Source: Eledone cirrhosa (taxonomy: Eukaryota). Taken from it: 64,000 bases of DNA. The DNA lies in assembly GCA_964016885.1 (NCBI GenBank), contig OZ024752.1:23126001-23190000 (forward strand), given 5' to 3'. Positions 14,281 through 27,721 of this stretch are shown piece by piece; position 1 is the first letter of the stretch, and each line of letters starts with the position of its first letter. The notes under the pieces are model-generated. The model was not told the origin of the DNA and did no database searches. It was given only the letters and a program-made list of their open reading frames with translations. Made by a program: the position numbers and the translations under genes.

Positions 14281-17200
14281 CTGACGTTCTAACCAGTCAT
14301 TCTATCTGACGTTCTAGCGACTGCCATTTCATCTGATGTTCTAACGACTGTCATTCTATCTGCCGTTTTTGAGACTGTCGTTCTATCTTACGTTCTAACA
14401 ACTGTCATTCTATCTGATGTTCTAACGACTGTCCTTCTATCTGACGTTCTAACGACTGCCATTCTATCTGATGTTCTAACCAGTCATTCTATCTGACGTT
14501 CTAGCGACTGCCATTCCATCTGACGTTCTAACGACTGTCATTCTATCTGACGTTCTAGCGAATGTCATTCTATCTCACGTTCTAACCACTGTCATTCTAT
14601 CTGACGTTCTAGTGACTGTCATTCTATCTGAATTTTTAACGTCTGTCATTTGATCTGATGTTCTAACGACTGTCATTCTATCTGACGTTCTAACGACTGC
14701 CATTCTATCTGATGTTCTAACCAGTAATTCTATCTGACGTTCTAGCGACTGCCATTCCATCTGACGTTCTAACCACTGTCATTCTATCTGACGTTCTAGT
14801 GACTGTCATTCTATCTGAATTTCTAACGTCTGTCATTTGATCTGATGTTCTGACCACTGTCATTCTATCTGACGTTCTAACGACTGCCATTCTATCTGAT
14901 GTTCGAACCAGTAATTCTATCTGACGTTCTAGCGACTGCCATTCCATCTGACGTTCTAACGACTGTCATTCTATCTGCCGTTTTAGAGACTGTCGTTCTA
15001 TCTTACGTTCTCACAACTGTCAGTCTATCTGACGTTCTAACGACTGTCATTCTATCTCATGTTCTAACGACTGTCATTCTATCTGACGTTCTAGCGACTG
15101 TCATTCTATCTGACGTTCTAACCACTGTCATTCTATCTGACGTTCTAGTGACTGTCATTCTATCTGACGTTCTAACCACTGTCATTCTATCTGACGTTCT
15201 AGTGATTGTCATTCTATCTGAATTTCTAACGACTGTCATTCTATCTGACGTTCTAACGTCTGTCATTTGATCTGATTTTCTAACGACTGTCATTCTATCT
15301 GACGTTCTAACGACTGACATTCTATCTGACGTTCTAGCGTCTGTCATTCTATCTGAGTTCTAACGACTGTCATTCTATCTGACGTCCTAGCGACTGTCAT
15401 TCTATCTGACGTTCTAACCACTGTCATTCTGACGTTCTAGCGACTGTCATTTTCTCTAACGTTCTAGTGACTGTCATTCTATCTGACGTTCTAACGACTG
15501 TCATTCTATCTGACATTCTAGCGACTGTCATTCTCTCTGACGTTCTTATGACTGTCATTCTATCTGACGTTCTAGCAACTGTCAATCTATTTAACGTTCT
15601 AGCGATTGTCATTCTATCTGACGTTTTAACGACTATCAATCTATCTGACATTCTAGCGACTGTCATTCTATCTGACGTTCTAACGACTGCCATTCTATCT
15701 AACGTTCTAACGCCTGTCATTCTATCTGACGTTCTAGCGACTGTCATTCTATCTGACGTTCTAAAGACTGTCATTCTATCTGCCGTTCTAGAGACAGTCA
15801 TTCTATCTGACGTTCTAACAACTGTCATTCTATCTGACGTTCTATCGGCTGTCATTCTATGTGACCTTCTAACGACTGTCATTCTATCTGCCGTTCTAAC
15901 GACTGTCGTTCTATCTGACGTTCTAGCGACTGTCATTCTATCTGACGTTCTAACGACTGCCATTCTATCTGACGTTCTAACCAGTCATTCTATCTGACTT
16001 TCTAGCGACTGTCATTCCATCTGACGTTCTAGCGACTGTCATTCTATTTGACGTTCTAACGACTGCCATTCTATCTGACGTTCTAACCAGTCATTCTATC
16101 TGACTTTCTAGCGACTGTCATTCCATCTGACGTTTTAGCGACTGTCATTCTATTTGATGTTCTAGCGACTGCCATTCCATCTGACGTTCTAACGACTGTC
16201 ATTCTATCTGCCGTTTTAGAGACTGTCGTTCTATCTTACGTTCTAACAACTGTCATTCTATCCGATGTTCTAACGACTGTCCTTCTATCTGACGTTCTAA
16301 CGACTGCCATTCTATCTGATGTTCTAACCAGTCATTCTATCTGACGTTCTAGCGACTGCCATTCCATCTGACGTTCTAACGACTGTCATTCTATCTGACG
16401 TTCTAGCGACTGTCATTCTATCTCACGTTCTAACCACTGTCATTCTATCTGACGTTCTAGTGACTGTCATTCTATCTGAATTTCTAACGTCTGTCATTTG
16501 ATCTGATGTTCTGACCACTGTCATTCTATCTGACGTTCTAACGACTGCCATTCTATCTGACGTTCTAACGACTGTCATTCTATCTGCCGTTTTAGAGACT
16601 GTCGTTCTATCTTACGTTCTCACAACTGTCAGTCTATCTTACGTTCTAACGACAGTCATTCTATTTGATGTTCTAACGACTGTCATTCTATATGACGTTC
16701 TAGCGACTGCCATTCCATCTGACGTTCTAACGACTGTCATTCTATTTGATGTTCTAACGACTGTCATTCTATCTGACGTTCTAGCGACTGTCCTTCTATC
16801 TGACGTTCTAACCACTGTCATTCTATCTGACGTTCTAGTGACTGTCATTCTATCTGACGTTCTAACCACTGTCATTCTATCTGACGTACTAGTGATTGTC
16901 ATTCTATCTGAATTTCTAACGACTGTCATTCTATCTGACGTTCTAACCTCTGTCATTTGATCTGATTTTCTAACGACTGTCATTCTATCTGACGTTCTAA
17001 CGACTGACATTCTATCTGACGTTCTTGCGTCTGTCATTCTATCTGAGTTCTAACGACTGTCATTCTATCTGACGTCCTAGCGACTGTCATTCTATCTGAC
17101 GTTCTAACCACTGTCATTCTGACATTCTAGCAACTGTCAATCTATCTAACGTTCTAGCGATTGTCATTCTATCTGACGTTCTAACGACTATCAATCTATC

Positions 17201-20200
17201 TGACATTCTAGCGACTGTCATTCTATCTGACGTTCTAACGACTGCCATTCTATCTAACGTTCTAACGCCTGTCATTCTATCTGACGTTCTAGCGACTGTC
17301 ATTCTATCTGACGTTCTAACGATTGTCATTCTATCTGCCGTTCTAGAGACTGTCGTTCTATCTTACGTTCTAACAACTGTCATTCTATCTGATGTTCTAT
17401 CGGCTGTCATTCTATGCGACCTTCTAACGACTGTCATTCTATCTGCCGTTCTAACGACTGTCGTTCTATCTTACGTTCTAGCGACTGTCATTCTATCTGA
17501 CGTTCTAACGACTGCCATTCTATCTGACGTTCTAACCAGTCATTCTATCTGACTTTCTAGCGACTGTCATTCCATCTGACGTTCTAGCGACTGTCATTCT
17601 ATCTGGCTTTCTAACCAGTCATTCTATCTGACGTTCTAGCGACTGTCATTCCATCTGACGTTCTAGCGACTGTCATTCTATTTGATGTTCTAACGACTGT
17701 CATTCTATCTGACGTTCTAACCAGTCATTCTATCTGACGTTCTAGCGACTGCCATTCCATCTGACGTTCTAACGACTGTCATTCTATCTGCCGTTTTAGA
17801 GACTGTCGTTCTATCTTACGTTCTAACAACTGTCATTCTATATGATGTTCTAACGACTGTCCTTCTATCTGACGTTCTAACGACTGCCATTCTATCTGAT
17901 GTTCGAACCAGTCATTCTATCTGACGTTCTAGCGACTGCCATTCCATCTGACGTTCTAACGACTGTCATTCTATCTGACGTTCTAGCGACTGTCATTCTA
18001 TCTCACGTTCTAACCACTGTCATTCTATCTGACGTTCTAGTGACTGTCATTCTATCAGAATTTCTAACGTCTGTCATTTGATCTGATGTTCTAACCACTG
18101 TCATTCTATCTGACGTTCTAACGACTGCCATTCTATCTGACGTTCTAACGACTGTCATTCTATCTGCCGTTTTAGAGACTGTCGTTCTACCTTACGTTCT
18201 CACAACTGTCAGTCTATCTGACGTTCTAACGACTGTCATTCTATTTGATGTTCTAACGACTGTCATTCTATATGACGTTCTAGCGACTGCCATTCCATCT
18301 GACGTTCTAACGACTGTCATTCTATCTGCCGTTTTAGAGACTGTCGTTCTATCTTACGTTCTCACAACTGTCAGTCTATCTGACGTTCTAACGACTGTCA
18401 TTCTATTTGATGTTCTAACGACTGTCATTCTATCTGACGTTCTAGCGACTGTCATTCTATCTGACGTTCTAACCACTGTCATTCTATCTGACGTTCTAGT
18501 GACTGTCATTCTATCTGACGTTCTAACCACTGTCATTCTATCTGACGTTCTAGTGATTGTCATTCTATCTGACGTTCTAACGTCTGTCATTTGATCTGAT
18601 TTTCTAACGACTGTCATTCTATCTGACGTTCTAACGACTGACATTCTATCTGACGGTCTAGCGTCTGTCATTCTATCTGAGTTCTAACGACTGTCATTCT
18701 ATCTGACGTCCTAGCGACTGTCATTCTATCTGACGTTCTAACCACTGTCATTCTGACGTTCTAGTGACTGTCATTCTATCTGACGTTCTAACGACTGTCA
18801 TTCTATCTGACATTCTAGCGATTGTCATTCTATCTGACGTTCTTATGACTGTCATTCTATCTGACGTTCTAGCAACTGTCAATCTATCTAACGTTCTAGC
18901 GATTGTCATTCTAACTGACGTTCTAACGACTATCATTCTATCTGACATTCTAGCGACTGTCATTCTATCTGACGTTCTAACGACTGCCATTCTATCTAAC
19001 GTTCTAACGCCTGTCATTCTATCTGATGTTCTAACCAGTCATTCTATCTGACGTTCTAGCGACTGCCATTCCCTCTGACGTTCTAACGACTGTCATTCTA
19101 TCTGCCGATTTAGAGACTGTCGTTCTATCTTACGTTCTAACAACTGTCAGTCTATCTGACGTTCTAACGACTGTCATTCTATCTGATGTTCTAACGACTG
19201 TCATTCTATCTGACGTTCTAGCGACTGTCATTCTATCTGACGTTCTAACCACTGTCATTCTATCTAACGTCCTAGCGATTGTCATTCTATCTGACGTTCT
19301 AACGACTGTCATTCTGACGTTCTAGCGACTGTCATTTTCTCTAACGTTCTAGTGACTGTAATTCTATCTAAATTTCTAACGACTGTCATTCTATCTGACG
19401 TTCTAACGTATGTCATTTGATCTGATGTTCTAACGACTGTCATTCTAGCTGACGTTCTAACGATTGACATACTATCTGATTTTCTAACGTCTGTCATTCT
19501 ATCTGAGTTCTAACGACTGTCATTCTATCTGACGTCCTAGCGACTGTCATTCTATCTGACGTTCTAACGACTGTCATTCTGACGTTCTAGCGACTGTCAT
19601 TTTCTCTAACGTTCTAGTGACTGTAATTCTATCTGACGTTCTAACGACTGTCATTCTATCTGACATTCTAGCGACTGTCATTCTATCTGACGTTCTTATG
19701 ACTGTCATTCTATCTGACGTTCCAGCAACTGTCAATCTATCTAACGTTCTAGCGATTGTCATTCTATCTGAGGTTCTAGCGACTGTCATTCCATCTAACG
19801 TTCTAGCGACTGTCATTCTATTTGATGTTCTAACGACTGTCATTCTATCTGACGTTCTAACCAGTCATTCCATCTGACGTTCTAGCGACTGTCATTCTAT
19901 CTGACGTTCTAACGACTGTCATTCTATCTGCCGTTTTAGAGACTGTCATTCTATCTTACGTTCTAACAACTGTCAGTCTATCTAACGTTTTAACGACTGT
20001 CATTCTATCTGATGTTCTAACGACTGTCATTCTATCTGACGTTCTAGTGACTGTCATTCTATCTGAATTTCTAACGACTGTCATTCTATCTGACGTTCTA
20101 ACGTCTGTCATTTGATCTGATGTTCTAACGACTGTCATTCTATCTGACGTTCTAACGTCTGTCATTTGATCTGATGTTCTAACGACTGTCAGTCTATCTG

Positions 20201-22889
20201 ACCTCCTAGCGACTGTCATTTTCTCTGACGTTCTAGCGACTGTCATTCTATTTGATGTTCTAACGACTGTCATTCTATCTGACGTTCTAACCAGTCATTC
20301 CATCTGACGTTCTAGCGACTGTCATTCTATCTGACGTTCTAACGACTGTCATTCTATTTGCCGATTTTGAGACTGTCGTTCTATCTTACGTTCTAACAAC
20401 TGTCAATCTAACTGACGTTTTAACCACTGTCATTCTATCTGACGTTCTTACGACTGTCATTCTATCTGACGTTCTAGCGACTGTCAATCTATCTAACGTT
20501 CTAGCGATTGTCATTTTATCAGACGTTCTAACGGCTGTCATTCTATCTGACCTTCTAGCAAATGTCATTCTATCTGACGTTCTAACGACTGTCATTCTAT
20601 CTGACGTTCTGGCGACTGTCATTCTATCTGACGTTCTAACGCCTGTCATTCTATTTGACGTTCTGACGACTGCCATTCTACCTGACGTTCTAACCACTGT
20701 CATTCTATCTGACGTTCTAACGACTGTCATTCTATCTGACATTCTAGCGACTGTCATTCTATCTGACGTTCTAACGACTGCCATTCTATCTGACGTTCTA
20801 ACGCCTGTCATTCTATCTGACGTTCTAGCGACTGTCATTCTATCTTTACGTTCTAGCGACTGTCATTCTATCTGATGTTCTAGCGACTGTCATTCTATCT
20901 GACGTTCTAACCACTGTCATTCTATCTGGCGTTCTAGCGACTGTCATTCTATCTGACGTTCTAACGACTGTAATTCTATCTGACATTCTAGCGATTGTCA
21001 TTCTATCTGACGTTCTAACAACTGTCATTCTATCTGACGTTCTAATGACTGTAATTCTATCTGACATTCTAGCAACTGTCATTCTATCTGAAGTTCTAGC
21101 GACTCTCATTCTATCTGACGTTCTGCGACTGTCATTCTATCTGACGTTTTAACCACTGTCATTCTATCTGACGTTCTTATGACTGTCATTCTAGCTGACG
21201 TTCTAGCAACTGTCAATCTAACTAACGTTCTAGCGATTGTCATTCTATCTGACGTTCTAACGACTGTCATTTTATCAGACGTTCTAACGGCTGTCATTCT
21301 ATTTGACGTTCTAACCAGTCATACCATCTGACGTTCTAGCGACTGTCATTCTATCTGACGTTCTAACGACTGTCATTCTATCTGCCGATTTAGAGACTGT
21401 CGTTCTATCTTACGTTCTAACAACTGTCAATCTAACTGACGTTTTAACCACTGTCATTCTATATGACGTTCTTATGACTGTCATTCTATCTGACGTTCTA
21501 GCGACTGTCAATCTATCTAACGTTCTAGCGATTGTCATTCTATCTGACGTTCTAACGACTGTCATTTTATCAGACGTTCTAACGGCTGTCATTCTAGCTG
21601 ACGTTCTAGCGACTGTCATTCTATCTTAGTTCTAATGACTGTCATTCTATCTGACGTCCTAGCGACTGTCATACTATCTGACGTTCTAACCACTGTCATT
21701 CTATCTGACGTTCTAACGACTGTCATTCTATCTTACGTTCTAACCAATGTCATTCTATCTGACGTTCTAACGACTGTCATTCTATCTGACGTTCTAGCGA
21801 CTGTCATTCTATTTCACGTTCTAACGACTGTCATTCTATCTGACATTCTAGATATTGTCATTCTATCTGACGTTCTAACAACTGTCATTCTATCTGACGT
21901 TCTAATGACTGTCATTCTATCTGACATTCTAGCAACTGTCATTCTCTCTGAAGTTCTAACGACTGTAATTCTATCTGACGTTCTAACGCCTGTCATTCTA
22001 TTTGACGTTCTAACGATTCTCATTCTATATGACGTTCTAGCGACTGTCATTCCATCTGACGTTCTAACGACTGTCATTCTATCTGCCGTTTTAGAGACTG
22101 TCATTCTATCTTACGTTCTAACAACTGTCATTCTATCTGACGTTCTAACGACTGTCATTCTATCTGATGTTCTAACGACTGTCATTCTATCTGACGTTCT
22201 AGCGACTGTCACTCTATCTTAGTTCTAATGACTGTCATTCTATCCTACGACCTAGCGACTGTCATCCTATATGATTTTCTAACGACTGTCATTCTATCTG
22301 ACGTTCTAACGACTGTCATTCTATCTGACGTTCTAGCGATTGTCATCCTATCTGACGTTCTAACGACTGTCATTCTATCTGGCGTTCTAATGACTGTCAT
22401 TCTATCTGACATTATAGCAACTGTCATTCTATCTAACGTTCTAACCACTGTCATTCTATCTGACGTTCTAGCGATTGTCATCCTATCTGACTCTCTGACG
22501 ACTGTCATTCTATCTGACGTTCTAACGACTGTCATTCTATCTGAAGTTCTAGCGATTGTCATCCTATCTGACGTTCTAACGACTGTCATTCTATCTGACG
22601 TTCTAATGACTGTCATTCTATCTGACATTCTAGCAACTGTCTTTCTATCTAACGTTCTAACAACTGTCATTCTATCTGACATTCTAGCGACTGTCATTCT
22701 ATCTGACGTTCTAACGACTGTCATTCTATCTGACGTTCTAACGACTGTCATTCTATCTGATGTTCTAACGATTGTCATTCTATCTGACATTCTAGCAACT
22801 GTCATTCTATCTAACGTTCTAACAACTGTCATTCTATCTGACGTTCTAGCGACTGTCATTCTATCTGACGTTCTAACAACTGTCATTCT

Positions 22890-25800
22890 ATCTAACGTTC
22901 TAACGACTGTCATTATATCTGACGTTCTAGCGACTGTCATTCTATCTGACATTTTAACGACTGTCATTCTATCTGACGTGCTAACGATGCCATTCTATAT
23001 GAATTTCTAGCGACTGTAACTTTATCTGACGTGCTAACGACTGCCATTCTACCTGACGTTCTAGCGACTGTCATTCTATGTGACGTTCTAACAACTGTCA
23101 TTCTATGTGACGTTCTAACGATTGTCATTCTATCATACGTTCAAGCGACTGTCATTCTATTTCACGTTATAAAGACTGTCATTCTATCTGACATTCTAGC
23201 GATTGTCATTCTATCAGACGTTCTAACAATTGTCATTCTATCTGACGTTCTAATGACTGTCATTCTATCTGACATTCTATCTAACGTTCTAACAACTGTC
23301 ATTCTATCTGACGTTCTAGCGACTGTCATTCTCTCTGACGTTCTAACGACTGTCATTCTATCTGACGTTCTAACAACTGTCATTCTATCTAACGTTCTAA
23401 CGACTGTCATTATATCTGACGTTCTAGCGACTGTCATTCTATCTGACATTCTAACCACTGACATTCTATCTGACGTTCTAGAAACTGTCATCCTACGTGA
23501 CCCGCTAGCGACTGTCATTCTATCTGACGTTCTAACCACTGTCATTCTATCTGACGTTCTAGCGACTGTCATTCTATCTGAAGTTCTAACGGCAGACATT
23601 TTATCTGACGTGCTAACGATGCCATTCTATCTGACGTTCTAGCGATTGTAACTTTATCTGACGTGTTAACGACTGCCATTCTACCTGACGTTCTAGCGAC
23701 TTTCATTCTATGTGACGTTCTAACAACTGACATTCTATCTGACGTTCTAACGATTGTCATTCTATCTGACGTTCTAACCACTGTCATTCTATCTGAGTTC
23801 TAACGACTGTCATTCTATCTGACATCCAAGCGACTGTCATTCTATCTGACGTTCTAACCAATGTCATTCTATCTGACGTTCTAGCGATTGTCATTTTCTC
23901 TGACGTTCTAGTGAATGTCATTCTATCTGACGTTCTAACGACTGTCATTCTATCTGACGTTCAAGTGACTGTCATTCTATCTGACGTTCTAACCACTGTC
24001 ATTCTATCTAACATCCTAGATATTGTCATTCTATCTGACGTTCTAACAACTGTCATTCTATCTGACGTTCTAATGACTGTCATTCTATCTGACATTCTAG
24101 CAACTGTCATTCTCTCTGAAGTTCTAGCGACTGTAATTCTCTCTGACATTCTAACGACTGTCATTCTATCTGACGTTCTAACCAGTCATTCTAGCTGACG
24201 TTCTAGCGACTGTCATTCCATCTGACGTTCTAACGACTGTCATTCTATCTGACGTTCAAGAGACTGTTATTCTATCTGAATTTCTAACGACTGTCATTCT
24301 ATGTGACGTTCTAACAACTGTCACTCTATCTGACGTTCTAACGACTGTCATTCTATCTGACGTTCTAATGACTGTCATTCTATCTGACATTCTAGCCACT
24401 GTCATTCTATCTAACTTTCTAACAACTGTCATTCTATCTGACATTCTAGCGACTGTCATTCTATGTGACGTTCTAACGACTGTCATTCTATCTGACGTTC
24501 TAACAACTGTCATTCTATCTGACGTTCTAATGACTGTCATTCTATCTGACATTCTAGCAACTGTCATTCTCTCTGAAGTTCTAACGACTGTAATTCTATC
24601 TGACGTTCTAACGCCTGTCATTCTATTTGACGTTCTAACGACTGTCATTCTATCTGACGTTCTAACCAGTCATTCTAGCTGACGATCTAGCGACTGTCAT
24701 TCCATCTGACGTTCTAACGACTGTCATTCTATCTGACGTTCTAGAGACTGTTATTCTATCTGAATTTCTAACGACTGTCATTCAATCTGACGTTCTAACG
24801 TCTGTCATTTGATCTGATGTTCTAACGATTCTCATTCTATATGACGTTCTAGCGACTGTCATTCCATCTGACGTTCTAACGACTGTCATTCTATCTGCCG
24901 TTTTAGAGACTGTCATTCTATCTTACGTTCTAACAACTGTCATTCTATCTGACGTTCTAACGACTGTCATTCTATCTGACGTTCTAACGACTGTCATTCT
25001 ATCTGACGTTCTAGCGATTGTCATGCTATCTGACGTTCTAACGACTGTCATTCTATCTGACGTTCTAATGACTGTCATTCTATCTGACATTCTAGCAACT
25101 GTCATTCTATCTAACGTTCTAACCACTGTCATTCTATCTGACGTTCTAGCGATTGTCATCCTATCTGACTCTCTGACGACTGTCATTCTATCTGACGTTC
25201 TAACGACTGTCATTCTATCTGAAGTTCTAGCGATTGTCATCCTATCTGACGTTCTAACGACTGTCATTCTATCTGACGTTCTAATGACTGTCATTCTATC
25301 TGACATTCTAGCAACTGTCATTCTATCTAACGTTCTAACAACTGTCATTCTATCTGACATTCTAGCGACTGTCATTCTATCTGACGTTCTAACGACTGTC
25401 ATTCTATCTGACGTTCTAACAACTGTCATTCTATCTGACGTTCTAACGACTGTCATTCTATCTGATGTTCTAACGATTGTCATTCTATCTGACATTCTAG
25501 CAACTGTCATTCTATCTAACGTTCTAACAACTGTCATTCTATCTGACGTTCTAGCGACTGTCATTCTATCTGACGTTCTAACAACTGTCATTCTATCTAA
25601 CGTTCTAACGACTGTCATTATATCTGACGTTCTAGCGACTGTCATTCTATCTGACATTTTAACGACTGTCATTCTACCTGACGTGCTAACGATGCCATTC
25701 TATCTGAATTTCTAGCGACTGTCATTCTATCTGACGTTCTAGCGACTGTCACTCTATCTTAGTTCTAATGACTGTCATTCTATCCTACGACCTAGCGACT

Positions 25801-27390
25801 GTCATCCTATATGATTTTCTAACGACTGTCATTCTATCTGACGTTCTAACGACTGTCATTCTATCTGACGTTCTAGCGATTGTCATCCTATCTGACGTTC
25901 TAACGACTGTCATTCTATCTGGCGTTCTAATGACTGTCATTCTATCTGACATTATAGCAACTGTCATTCTATCTAACGTTCTAACCACTGTCATTCTATC
26001 TGACGTTCTAGCGATTGGCATCCTATCTGACTCTCTGACGACTGTCATTCTATCTGACGTTCTAACGACTGTCATTCTATCTGAAGTTCTAGCGATTGTC
26101 ATCCTATCTGACGTTCTAACGACTGTCATTATATCTGACGTTCTAACGACTGTCATTATATCTGACGTTCTAGCGACTGTCATTCTATCTGACATTTTAA
26201 CGACTGTCATTCTATCTGACGTGCTAACGATGCCATTCTATCTGAATTTCTAGCGACTGTAACTTTATCTGACGTGCTAACGACTGCCATTCTACCTGAC
26301 GTTCTAGCGACTGTCATTCTATGTGACGTTCTAACAACTGTCATTCTATGTGACGTTCTAACGATATTCTTTCTATCAGACGTTCAAGCGACTGTCATTC
26401 TATTTCACGTTATAAAGACTGTCATTCTATCTGACATTCTAGCGATTGTCATTCTATCTGACGTTCTAACAATTGTCATTCTATCTGACGTTCTAATGAC
26501 TGTCATTCTATCTGACATTCTATCTAACGTTCTAACAACTGTCATTCTATCTGACGTTCTAGCGACTGTCATTCTATCTGACGTTCTAACGACTGTCATT
26601 CTATCTGACGTTCTAACAACTGTCATTCTATCTAACGTTCTAACGACTGTCATTATATCTGACGTTCTAGCGACTGTCATTCTATCTGACATTCTAACCA
26701 CTGTCATTCTATCTGACGTTCTAGAAACTGTCATCCTACGTGACCCGCTAGCGACTGTCATTCTATCTGACGTTCTAACCACTGTCATTCTATCTGACGT
26801 TCTAGCGACTGTCATTCTATCTGAAGTTCTAACGGCAGACATTTTATCTGACGTGCTAACGATGCCATTCTATCTGACGTTCTAGCGATTGTAACTTTAT
26901 CTGACGTGTTAACGACTGCCATTCTACCTGACGTTCTAGCGACTTTCATTCTATGTGACGTTCTAACAACTGACATTCTATCTGACGTTCTAACGATTGT
27001 CATTCTATCTGACGTTCTAACCACTGTCATTCTATCTGAGTTCTAACGACTGTCATTCTATCTGACATCCAAGCGACTGTCATTCTATCTGACGTTCTAA
27101 CCAATGTCATTCTATCTGATGTTCTAGCGATTGTCATTTTCTCTGACGTTCTAGTGAATGTCATTCTATCTGACGTTCTAACGACTGTCATTCTATCTGA
27201 CGTTCAAGCGACTGTCATTCTATCTGACGTTCTAACCACTGTCATTCTATCTGACATCCTAGATATTGTCATTCTATCTGACGTTCTAACAACTGTCATT
27301 CTATCTGACGTTCTAATGACTGTCATTCTATCTGACATTCTAGCAACTGTCATTCTCTCTGAAGTTCTAGCGACTGTAATTCTCTCTGAC
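22890..27390. repeat. Nested duplication inside the 9734-bp unit, offset 3243 bp (mirrored at about 32620-37450)
   Basis: ORF offsets of 3243 occur at 23031/26274, 23162/26405, 23569/26812, 23911/27154, 33645/36888 and 33990/37233. A related offset of 3540 occurs at 22228/25768. Confidence 0.85.
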
Positions 27391-27721
27391 GTTCTAACGA
27401 TTGTCATTCTATCTGACGTTCTAACCACTGTCATTCTATCTGAGTTCTAACGACTGTCATTCTATCTGACATCCAAGCGACTGTCATTCTATCTGACGTT
27501 CTAACCAATGTCATTCTATCTGATGTTCTAGCGATTGTCATTTTCTCTGACGTTCTAGTGAATGTCATTCTATCTGACGTTCTAACGACTGTCATTCTAT
27601 CTGACGTTCAAGCGACTGTCATTCTATCTGACGTTCTAACCACTGTCATTCTATCTGACATCCTAGATATTGTCATTCTATCTGACGTTCTAACAACTGT
27701 CATTCTATCTGACGTTCTAAT
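26990..27721. repeat. Local 404-bp tandem duplication at the junction of the two 9734-bp copies
   Basis: ORFs 27154 and 27558 start identically (MNVILSDVLTTVILSDVQ) at offset 404 = 14x27+26. The private variant GACATCCAAGCG occurs at about 27064 and 27468. Confidence 0.8.

Larger units (their letters stand above)
1..21600. repeat. Left subfamily domain (type L) of the satellite
   Basis: Diagnostic variants are the frequent 25-bp monomer (AACCAGTCATT, from about 1257), the 23-bp monomer (GTCATTCTGACG, e.g. about 6134, 9360, 13550), the 28-bp CTATTGTGACG (about 3367, 4847, 8531, 12265), CGTCTGTCATTTGATCTGAT, GTCAATCTATCTAAC and TATCGGCTGTCATTCTATGTGACCTT. The boundary is approximate. Type L reappears at about 27720-31340 through the 9734-bp duplication. 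Confidence 0.75.
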
